Made by a program: the position numbers and the translations under genes. Shown here in pieces: positions 54,464-64,000 of a DNA stretch of 64,000 bases. Under the pieces are notes generated by a model. That model saw only the letters and a list, made by a program, of their open reading frames with translations. It did not search any database and had not been told where the DNA came from. Each line of letters begins with the position of its first letter. Positions within the stretch are counted from its first letter, which is position 1. Source of the DNA: Diadema antillarum (taxonomy: Eukaryota); contig NW_027271849.1 of NCBI RefSeq assembly GCF_040938485.1, positions 248,001 through 312,000 on the forward strand. Reading direction: 5' to 3'.

Positions 54464-55804
54464 TTCGTTACTAATAAAAAGTGAAAAGAATTAGAAAAAG
54501 AAATAAATATTCATGATGTATATTCATTGTAAATAAAAGTGATCAAAAATCATAGAAAGATTTAGTGTGTAATAATAGAGTGGATTTGGTGCAACATAAG
54601 TAACAATTATATCATTATTATTATCACTATCATTCTTAGAATTTCATCAAAAATCCAATAGCTATATGTATGGCACATAATTACATAGGAAAAGTTGAAC
54701 TTGAGTTTGCAATGTTCATGTTTAGATGATGGAATGGCTGCAGAACCATGGCAGAGCTTGATGGCACAGCTAGGATTGTATTTTAGAAGGGGCGGTAGCG
54801 AACATGTGAAATGTGCTCCATTCTGGCAGAGGGCAGTTTCCCCATTTTGCATGAAGGGCAACATGAACAAAGTACAAGTTTAAAAAAAAATCATAAGCAT
54901 TATATTTCGTTTCACAAAAGAATTCTTTGAAATATCATTTTAGACAGATACAATCTATATGAAAAAAAAGACACAATTTCATAAAACCCCATGTCCAGCA
55001 TGTAAACATTAAAAAAACATTAACCAAATTATTGCAATATGCGCATCGACGGATCTTGCCACGGAGGTAGAAAGAGAACCTCCATGACCATGATCTTGCC
55101 ATCTTGCCAAGCAGCACACTGACTTGGCCTACATGAGCATACGGGCGGGTCGTTCACCATTATGCCAATGAGCAGCAAGGCAATATTGCTATCAATTTAC
55201 ATGTAACACTTACACTTTTAGCTGAATTTAAGATTATGAGAAAGTAATATAATATGGCTCTTATGATATATTGATAAGAATATAAGTTAAAAAGTACCGA
55301 CACGGAACCGGAATTTCATTGTACTTTAAGATTCATTAACATAATTTACAGAGAAATAAAGAGAATATGATTACTAATACGTCAAAATACGAATATAGAA
55401 TTAACCATTTATTTTAGTATATGAATCGTAACTTACTTATTTGAAGTCCAATCGAGCTGTTTTTGGTATCAAATCGACGAGTGGCTCACTGGCTTTCACA
55501 TGTGAAAAACCTACGTTGACGTGTACACATGCGAGGCGAGCTAAGAAGCCGTACGTTGTATATGTCGTCCAGCCTTTCGATTCAGACTGTGGATGGCTGT
55601 ACGATAGAACGTCACGGTGTTGCGCATCTGTTTTCAAAGAGCTTCAGCTCAGTGCGGCTTACGAGGGGATTACGGTCTTACGTAAGAGGGCACTTTGTTT
55701 CCTGTTGCGGTGAGTTGTTTCATGTGGGTGAGGGACTTAAATAGTAATTTGTCCTCTGGGGCAAGTTTTATGGAGCTGTTTCTCCTGTCTTTTGTACCTC
55801 CATG

Positions 55805-56460
55805 GTCAAATCTATGTGCAGTTTGCATGTAACACCTGCTAACTTGCCAAATCCAACAAAACTGATCACTGAATTCGTCGACGACCGGCGGTGTGGCCTG
55901 AATATTTTGTGTAACAGCGATCATGTGGAGCTCTTTCGCAGTGTTCAGACGTAACAGTGTGGACCACTATGCTCCGTAATGAAGAATACAGCCGTTTGTA
56001 TCTGCGCTTTGTGACGTACTAGCAGTAGAGAGATATTCCCGAGAACACCGATAGGACTGTTGGCACCAAATGCATAGACTTACCTATCTGTAGGTTCGAG
56101 GGGTGACTGTTTCTTATAGATGGTGTTCAGAGTTTCTCAACTCATTATGTTCACTGACGCCCCTGTGTCAATGATAGCTGTAGTCTTGACATCATTGATG
56201 AACATAGATGCTTTGAGTTTACAATTGATTGCTCTCATCCGATGGACTTAGAGCGAACAAATAGTCCTTGTTGGTTGAACCATTTTGTGCTGCTTGTACA
56301 GATGGTTGTGATTGCGGTTGCGACTGTGAGTGTTGTGCTGTCTGTTCCCCAAGGTTGACCTCAGCTTGTTGTCTCATCCTGGTTTTACACACTCTTGCAA
56401 AATGAGCAGGTTTTTCCTTGTCTTGAAATGGGTGATCAATATGTGGATATTTGTCACCAC
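55805..56460 (-). mobile_element. Degraded Gypsy gag-knuckle/protease fragment
   Basis: GDKYPH...HFARVCK, then MFINDVKTTAIIDTGASVNIMS*...GPTLL...TCKLHID with stops and frameshifts; cut at the P-element TSD. Confidence 0.75.
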
Positions 56461-58480
56461 CATATCCTTGCTCAACTGGGATAAGGGAGCGACTAGCGAG
56501 AGCAACGACGACAGGCTTGTCGTTGGCTGGATCATGTTGAACTAGCATGGCGCACAGTCCAATGGGGCTTGCGTCTGTTACCACAGCTGTGCGAAACTGT
56601 GGGTTGAAGTATGCCATGTTGCAGTGGTCAACGATAGCACGCTTGATGTCGTCGAAGGCAGATTGATGACGATGACCCCATTCCCATGCTGCATCTTGCC
56701 TGGTAAGCATGCGGAGTGGCTCAGATAGGGTCGCTAATCGTGGGATGAAGCGTGCACAATACGTAGCCAACCCGAGGAAACTGCGCACTTCATTGCGAGA
56801 AGTTGGAGGGGGTGCATCAACTAGCGATTGAACTTTTGCTGGGCTCGGTGAAACACAGGTCGATGAGAAGATGTGTCCAAAGAACTCAATGGATGACTTG
56901 TTGACTTCACATTTCGCTTTGTGAAGGGTGAGATTCTTGTCTCTTAACCGCTGCAGGCAATCGCGAAGACGATGATCTTGCTCAGTCTGATCACGACCGA
57001 AGATGAGGATATCATCGCTGATATTGATGACACCAGGTAGGCCTGCGAGAGCTGACTGAATGAAGTTCTGGTACTGCTCTGCACCGCTGTTCACTCCGAA
57101 GTTCAAGCGTTTGTACTGAAACAAATCAGCATGAGTCGAGAACAGAGTTAGATAGCGTGAAGCTTCATCGAGCTCGATCTGATGATAGCCACTGTTGAGA
57201 TCGAGTTTAGAGAAAGCCCGGGCTCCATTCAGCTTTGCGATGATGTCATCGATGGTTGGGGTAACGTGTCGTTCACGCCTGATTGCTTGGTTGACAGCTC
57301 ACATGTCCACGCAAATTCTGATCTGATATGGCTGTTTGGGTTTCTGTACGACACGAATAGGCAAAACCCATGGTGTTGGTTGATTACGCACAGGCTCGAT
57401 GATGTCTAGCTGCTAGAGACGTTCAAGCTCGGCTTCGACACGCTTACAAACATGGAACGGTATGCGTCTATGGAGTTGCGTGATGGGCGTAACTGACTCA
57501 TCAATATGGAGCTGACAAGTTGCATCCTTCAGCTTACCCAATCCGGTAAACCGATCAGCGAATTCATCGAAGATTGATGAGTTGACCTGTCCACTGATGT
57601 TGTATGCGATGCTGATGAGCTGTAATTCACTGGACGTTGACAGGCACAGCAAGGTAGGCCCAGCATGCTGTGTGATGAAGAATGTTGCACAACAGTATCC
57701 AGACTTGTAGCGAACTGGAAGTTCGATCTGCCCAAGAAGAGAAAATGGACGAGTAGATCCAAATGCGAAGATTTGCTGGTGGGCAGGTTTCAACGCTGGT
57801 TGACGGGAAGACATTTTACGCAGGGTTGCTTCGCTCATGATGTTGACTGGAGCACCAGTGTCAAGAATAACATCGGTGTTGACACCATTGATGGAGACTG
57901 TCACGGTAGTCACTTTGTCCTTTTGGGGAGAGTTGACCGTGAAAAGGTAGTTGTCACTGTTGGGACTCTCAGCATTCACAGTGTTGTGATGTGAAGGGGT
58001 AGAGGTAGACGGTGTAACAAGTTCATCGGTCACACTCGAGCTCCCTGTGGTGTGATCATGCTGTGCTAGCACATTGACATGTTTCCTGTCACGCTGTCGT
58101 TTTCGGCAGTACTTAGCGAAATGGTTCAATTTGTGACAGTACACGCACGTTTGACCTCGAGCTGGACATGGTTTACGTGCATCATGCGGGTAGCGACCGC
58201 CACAGTTCTGACACATTGTGGTAGTGGGACTGCGATTACTGTTCACTGAATTGCTCTTACCCACTGGCTGTGGCATGGGCTGAGAGCGGTGTGATCGTGA
58301 AGACTGCTTTGGAACATAGTTCACAGATGATGATGCATGAGTTTTTATCTCATCCGCCTGTGAAGAGGCTGCATTCGCGGCACGGATGATAGACACTGCA
58401 CGGTCGAGCGACAGATCCGATTCGCGAAGCAGACGTTGTCTAATGGCTGCATTGTTCATGCCAATGATGATGCGATTCAG
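56461..58480 (-). mobile_element. Degraded Gypsy gag-PR-RT-RNaseH fragment
   Basis: IRQRLLRESDLSLDRA (gag), CQNCGGRYPH...CVYCHKLNHFAKYC (knuckles), ILDTGAPVN (protease), HRRIPFH, FQYKRLNFG, NISDDILIFG (RT), VVTDASPIGLCAML...ASRSL (RNase H); stop and frameshift near 57410. Confidence 0.9.
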
Positions 58481-58489
58481 TTATCAAGA

Positions 58490-58875
58490 AAGGTTTAGTG
58501 TTACTGTTCATCTCTCGGATGGGCACTCTGTACTTCTGCGTTTGAAGACTTTCCTCTTCTCCACCAATCTTGGTTATCGTGATTGTAGTTGGCACCCTAC
58601 TAAGCTGCATTTCTGAAGCCAGGTCTTGCCAAATCAAGCTGAATCTTAGACCCTGAATCCAAGAGCAGATTTCCTTTCCGTTTCGTTCCCTGGTTTCCAT
58701 GCAGTTCCATTGTCACAAGCAGAAGTAAAGCACTAGTTGAGCTCACTGATGCTACTCCAACTCTGTTGTCATTGGTATTGCCTTGGTTACCTGCAGCCTC
58801 ATCTTCTGTGTGCAGGAGCGGATGATGGTAGAATGTGCGTCTCTCCCCATTCTTGACTTCAGGACATTGTTTTCT
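58490..58875 (-). mobile_element. BEL/Pao gag-protease fragment
   Basis: Minus-strand translation CPEVKNGERRTFYHHPLLH...GNLLLDSGS, then after a frameshift TITITKIGGEEE...KYRVPI; these are BEL/Pao knuckle-end and aspartic-protease motifs. Confidence 0.7.
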
Positions 58876-58920
58876 GTAATTATCCAGTTCAAGCCCGGGT
58901 GTACCAGTCTGTTTTGTCGC

Positions 58921-59088
58921 TGTTATGTGATGTGATGCTTGTGAATGTTCAGAGACGCCATGTCAAGGCCGACAATCATGACACGATTGGACACGGTAGC
59001 TCTTAAGGTTCAGCCATGTTTAATGTGCAGTGAATATCGATCACTGATATCAGTTGGTGATATCGATAACAATCGTGATATCGTAACA
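58921..59088 (-). repeat. Short (168-bp) 3' LTR
   Basis: Minus strand TGTTA...TAACA, immediately preceded by PPT AGAGAAAGGGGGA. Confidence 0.7.
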
Positions 59089-60447
59089 TCCCCCTTTCTC
59101 TGAAAACATAGTCACAACACTATTGTGAACGCATTCCTGTGGGGGTTACAGACTCTGTAGTAAGTTTCTTAAACTTACCTTTCAAACACATTTGACCTTG
59201 ATATCCAGGATGAGACAACTATGTCATTAACATTTTTACTTTAGTCATTACATCTGTGTAGTTCCAAGGTTAACTCAAGCATTAACATATGTGGTGGAAT
59301 TGTCTCAAAATAAGAGTATGACTGCAAATATATCTGGAGTTGCTTTTTCCTAATATTCTGTCTGTGTTCGTTTAAATACCAACACCAATCACTGGATAAC
59401 ATTAGGAACCATAAGCATGTCCTGCTATTGTCATATGAACAAAACGTTTGAAAAACATTGTGAACCTTTAACTTCTGGCTAGTGTTACAACTGTGACTAG
59501 CATCTACAAACAGCATTTAAGCAACACAACACTTTGGCCTTTCATTCAACACTTTTGGCCTTGAACTCATGTCCAACTTTAACACTGTTTTTGGTATGAG
59601 TCTTACCAACAACTTCTAACTCTTACATTGTTCGTGATATATGATTTCTACATATACCTTCTCCCTTTTCACACATGAATTTGAATGGTGTGTATCTTGT
59701 ACACCGGTCAAACATTTACCATATCATGCACAATTAAAATGATTAACAACAACTTTAAGGACTTTGCTTGACTCTTATCTGCATCTGTTTCTCATGAGTA
59801 TTTATGTGTATTGGTATCTGGTTGGCTTACGGATCTTACGACCGTACCTACTGACCATGGGAGTGGTACTTGAGGTTGTGTTCTGACTGCGATTGTTGAT
59901 TGTGTTCTGTGTGTCTTTGTGAGGGTGATCTCGGTGACCCGGAGGGGTCTCCACGACAGACTTGCTGTCGTCAGCAAAATGTACACGCTTTCTGGGTGTA
60001 GGCGTACTGCTGGCTGGTACATCTCTCAGGTGAGAGCGATTGCGTCGTAGAATCGAACCGTTGGGCGTTGACACGGTGTACGACCTAGGTTCGTCACACA
60101 CCTGTGTGACCTTGGCAGGTATCCATGTGTGCTCCTGAGGGTGTAGAACGCGAACTTGCTGTCCTACATGTAGAGGTGGGAGTTCATCTCCTGCATGCTT
60201 GTCATGCGTTTCCTTCATCTTTGACTACTTTCCAAGAAGGCATTCCATAGTTGATGAATCTCTCATGAGGTGATGGCTCGGAAGGCTGGTTCTGATTGGT
60301 CTGCCAAACATGAGTTCAGCTGATGACTTCATACCGGAGTCGATAGGTGTTGCTCGGAGGTGCAACATCGCTATTTGTGTGTCCTGACCAGTCTTCGCAC
60401 ACTCCTGTAAAGTGGACTTTACAGTACGCACCATCCGTTCTGCTTTG
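59089..60447 (-). mobile_element. Gypsy integrase C-terminal fragment plus 3' UTR
   Basis: AERMVRTVKSTL...LHLRATPID...SSAELMFGRPIRTSLP and LPPLHVGQQVRV...W.PAKV...PRSYTVSTPNGSILRRNRSHL. Confidence 0.85.
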
Positions 60448-60449
60448 CT

Positions 60450-60755
60450 GTGCTACAAGCGTTTCGAGCTATCAGAGAGAGGGAGGAGTTTGAGAGAGTG
60501 AGAAGGAGGGAGAGGGTGTTCAGAGACAGAAATCACCCGCTAGATGTGTACAACGATGAGGAGATATTTAGAAAGTACCGGTTCACACGCGAAGGCTGCA
60601 TCAGGATCATCGACATGGTGGGTGATTCTCTCCAACACAACACAAGAAGAAACCATGCACTGAGCCCCAGACAGCAAATCTTTGTAGCCTTGAATTTTTT
60701 CGCCACTGGGGCCGTGATTGACACCACCTCAACTGTCCATGGGATTACAAGGAAT
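60450..60755 (+). mobile_element. PIF/Harbinger (HARBI1-like) transposase N-terminal fragment
   Basis: RERVFRDRNHPLDVYNDEEIFRKYRFTR...TRRNHALSPRQQIFVALNFFATG. Confidence 0.75.
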
Positions 60756-61015
60756 CCGGTGCTTTTCAATTTCGTGCATAAACACGCGCGCAACAATGTA
60801 CAGTATGTATTACGTACGCGTCGCGTATTTGTAGGATGCAGACGTAGCTGTAGAAATACAGTGTAAACGTCCTCACGTCATCACGTTGATGGCAAGTTAC
60901 GGTCACCCGTACCGCATTTATAGTTTGCGCCATCTCGTCATCTCCCTCAAACCTAGCAGACGACAATATCGCTGATCCTGCGCATGTGTGACATTTCCCG
61001 CCTCGATCAAGTTCT

Positions 61016-62218
61016 ATTTTTATGCCTCCGCCACGAAGTGGTGCCGGAGGCANNNNNNNNNNNNNNNNNNNNNNNNNNNNNNNNNNNNNNNNNNNNNNNN
61101 NNNNNNNNNNNNNNNNNNNNNNNNNNNNNNNNNNNNNNNNNNNNNNNNNNNNNNNNNNNNNNNNNNNNNNNNNNNNNNNNNNNNNNNACAGGGTAACTAC
61201 CAAAACCTTTTGAGGTATCCTAATGAAACTTGGCATGTATGTGTATTAGGGGATGAAGTTGTGCCTATCAACTTTTGGGTGCACATGCTCAAGGTCAAAG
61301 GTCAAAAGGTCAAGGTCAAATGCTTAAAATTTCACTATTTCCCCCATATCTATGCAATGCCTGAAGATATTTTCTTGAAACTTATTGTATACATGTATTA
61401 CCCAATTAAGATTCTCTGGTGAAAGTTTGGGGTCATGAGGTCAAAAGGTCAAAGGTCAAAAGGTCAAGTAAAATGTTAAAATTTCACTTTTTTCTCTGTA
61501 TCTTGGAAATTGTTCAAGGTATCTTCATGGAACATAGTATATATGCATGTACTGACTGGCAGTAGTTATCTAGGGAATTTAGGGTTCATGGGGTCAAAGG
61601 TCAGGGGTCAAAGGTCAAGGGCAATACTTCAAAATTTTACTTTTTTCCTTATATTTATGCAATGCCAGCAGGATTATTTTTTTTAACTTGATGTATGCAT
61701 GTATAACCCAATAGAGATTCTCTGGGATTTTTTTTTTGCCAAGGAGGTCAAAGGTCAAAAGGTCAAAGATCAAGTGAAAGTGCTGAACTTACTTCTTTCT
61801 CCATATCTCGGAAGTGGCTCAAGTTATCTTGAAACTTAGTACATATTTATGTATGTTCTGCCTGACAGTGATTCTCTTATAAATCAAAGGCCAGATGAAA
61901 ATGATAACAATTTACTGTTCAATACAGAAATTGCACTTTTTCTCCATACCTTGAAAATTGCTCAGTGCATAAACTTATGAAAGGATCAAAGTCAAGTTAA
62001 AGTTCTTAAATCCCCAAATACATGCTCTCCTATTCATCCAATTAAACATAGGTCAAGGAAGGTAAGCATTCAATACATTTGTGACAAACCTGTCATTTTA
62101 ATATTTTGCCAATTTTGTGAAAATGTAATCACACATTGTCCACATGTACTATAGACCTATTAGGAGAATCATGCATTATGGCGGAGGCATACCAGTCGCC
62201 ATAGCGACATTTCTAGTT
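61016..62218 (+). mobile_element. DINE-1/Helentron-associated element, copy 2
   Basis: TTTTTATGCCTCCGCC + inverted GGAGGCA, GGTCAAAGGTCA arrays, 3' GGCGGAGGCAT subTIR followed by GTCGC-CATA-GCGAC stem-loop and CTAGTT. Confidence 0.75.
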
Positions 62219-62359
62219 GTATATTTCGTTTTAGCTAATATCTGCTTTATGCAACGTATATTAAGCAACTATATTAGTTAATTTTGATGATAAGGCAAAG
62301 TGTCTTAACTCCAAGATTAACTAATTTAGTTTCACAAAGTTTTATGCAACGGGCCCCTG

Positions 62360-62480
62360 GTATGTCAACCACATAGAACGTCCGAGTGTTCCAATCAGTG
62401 CTCTTGTATCGGCACATGAGGTCAATCGTGCCAACACAGTTGATTTGGCTGCCGTTGTATGCAGTGAGTCTCGTCTGTGT
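62360..62480 (-). mobile_element. Small Gypsy protease-region fragment
   Basis: TRLTAYNGSQINCVGTIDLMCRYKSTDWNTRTFYVVDIPG. Confidence 0.55.
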
Positions 62481-62481
62481 A

Positions 62482-63012
62482 TCTATTGGCCGATAAGAGT
62501 CTGGACTGCTTTTGTTTCCTTTTTTTATGCCTCCGCCTGGAGGTGTCGCTGGAGGCATTATGTTTTTGGGTTGTCTGTCTGTCCTTCTGTCTGTTATCAA
62601 TTTTGTGGACAGTGTAACTAAAAAACAGTTCGAGGTATCTTCATGAAACTTGGCATGTACATATGAGTTCTAATGGTCATAAAGTCCCAGGGGGTCTGTG
62701 CAACAACAGTCGGACCTGAAAACACTTTCTGCTGGTGTTAGCATATAATTTTTTCCAAATACCACACAAGACGATTATTAACTACGGTAATCTTTCAATT
62801 AATTTCTTTAGCGTGGGCATCAGGGCTATTGGCCGATAAGAGTCTGGACTGCTTTTGTTTCCGCCTTTTTTATGCCTCCCCCTGGAGGTGTCGCTGGAGG
62901 CATTATGTTTTGGGGTTGTCTGTCCGTCCTTCTGTCCGTTATCAATTTTGTGGACAGTGTAACCAAAAAACAGTTTGAGGTATCTTCATGAAACTTGGCA
63001 TGTACATATGAG
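62482..63012 (+). repeat. Direct duplication (~185 bp) containing truncated HINE 5' ends
   Basis: TATTGGCCGATAAGAGTCTGG...GGCATGTACATATGAGTTCT occurs at ~62482-62668 and ~62827-63014. Confidence 0.7.
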
Positions 63013-63379
63013 TTCTTTTTTGAGAGCTTTTGTGATAAATGCAAGGAAACGAAGGGTCGATACAGTTTGAAATTCCAACAAAATCTTGAGTGATGTAATG
63101 TTGAGCGAGTTTAGGATTAGGAGCAGTCTTCTTTTTAGCTGATTCCTGAGATACGGAAGGAGTGTGTACTTGAGGGAGGTTTTCTTTTTTGTTACCATAG
63201 TGAGAATTTTTGCTCTGGATTCTCGGGGATCTCTGATATTGTCCAGATGTTGTGTATTTCACAATGGTGCATCGGGTCGGTTTGCTTAGGGATCAGTTTA
63301 TCGGTTTGGTTGCTGGGGATGTTTGGGGTTGTGTTCTGATCATTGATTGTATTTTTGACCTGCTTTGTTTCTTCAGCGT

Positions 63380-64000
63380 ACGATATGTTGTTAAAGGTTT
63401 TGACCTTGATTATTTCCCATGCATTTTGTGCTCTTTACAGCCTTTGTATGCTGCTGAGTGTGGTCCTCTACAGCATGCACATTTTGGATTTTCTGTTTCC
63501 TTACATTCTTTGAATTTGTGCCCTTGTCCACATTTTACACGGCACAACTTGCCATGACACTTTTCTGAAACATGGCCAAAGTGTTGCCATTTGTGGCACC
63601 ATATAAGTTGCCCTACCTGGAAAATTTCGGATCCCTTTTCCACTTTGCTAGGGAGATGAAATCCCAAGAAAGTGATCAAAAGTGATTATGACAGTACGAG
63701 ATTCCCATTTTCTCGGCGGTGCAGTGGCCTCGCCCATATTTTGTTCTGTTTCTTTAGTTCGATTAGCAATTCATCTTCGGTGATATCTAATGGGATATTG
63801 CTTACAACACCTTTGATATTATTGATTCCAACCATGACTTTGACCGGTATCCGGCCAAGCTCGGTAATGTCCTGCAGAGATCGTGCCTGCCGATATGTAT
63901 TGCAACGAACATTAAATTCATTTCTCATTCGTTTGATATACCTCGCCATAGTTCCTCTGTAGCCTTGGTTATTTCATTCGTGATGTGGATAGGGTTCAGT
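63380..64000 (-). mobile_element. Degraded LINE ORF1 (gag-like CCHC knuckles; Jockey/I/L2-type)
   Basis: IKGVVSNIPLDITEDELL... and CHKWQHFGHVSEKC...CRVKCGQGH...C...KCACCRGPHSAAYKGC, with frameshifts. Confidence 0.75.

Larger units (their letters stand above)
46904..55804 (-). mobile_element. P-superfamily DNA transposon (defective, with nested insertions)
   Basis: TIRs CATGGAGGTACAAAGAAAGAAGGAGAAACA (46904) and CATGGAGGTACAAAAGACAGGAGAAACA (reverse complement, ending 55804). Identical 7-bp TSD GTCAAAT at 46897-46903 and 55805-55811. Internal P-type transposase. Confidence 0.9.

Noticed and set aside
47444-55804. Pairing the TIR-like sequence at 47444 with the right TIR at 55804 as element ends
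   Set aside because: The flanks do not match (AATGTAC vs GTCAAAT); the 46904/55804 pair has a perfect 7-bp TSD.

Overview
This is AT-rich, intron-rich animal genomic DNA; the repeat families and gene structures suggest a marine invertebrate deuterostome such as a sea urchin (inference). It contains five N gaps. The left 47 kb holds four spliced host genes reconstructed exon by exon: the 3' end of RB1 (+), a CFAP97D2-like ciliary gene (-), a TPPP/p25alpha gene (-) and ANKRD39 (+), with MITEs, a SINE and DINE-1/Helentron-type repeats between them. From 36 nt after the ANKRD39 stop to the window end is a nearly continuous nest of transposons, almost all antisense to ANKRD39. Three observations stand out. 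(1) An 8.9-kb P-superfamily element (CATGGAGGTACAAA TIRs, 7-bp TSD GTCAAAT) encodes a transposase that starts with a RAG1 N-terminal-like zinc-binding domain rather than a THAP domain. (2) That element contains a 25-bp P-type excision footprint with its own 7-bp TSD. (3) An internally deleted Gypsy LTR element nested inside it carries a nanos-like ORF (NOT1-interacting motif plus first CCHC finger) and a C2H2 zinc-finger ORF between the integrase tail and the 3' LTR. All homology calls come from motif recognition by eye; no database searches were run.
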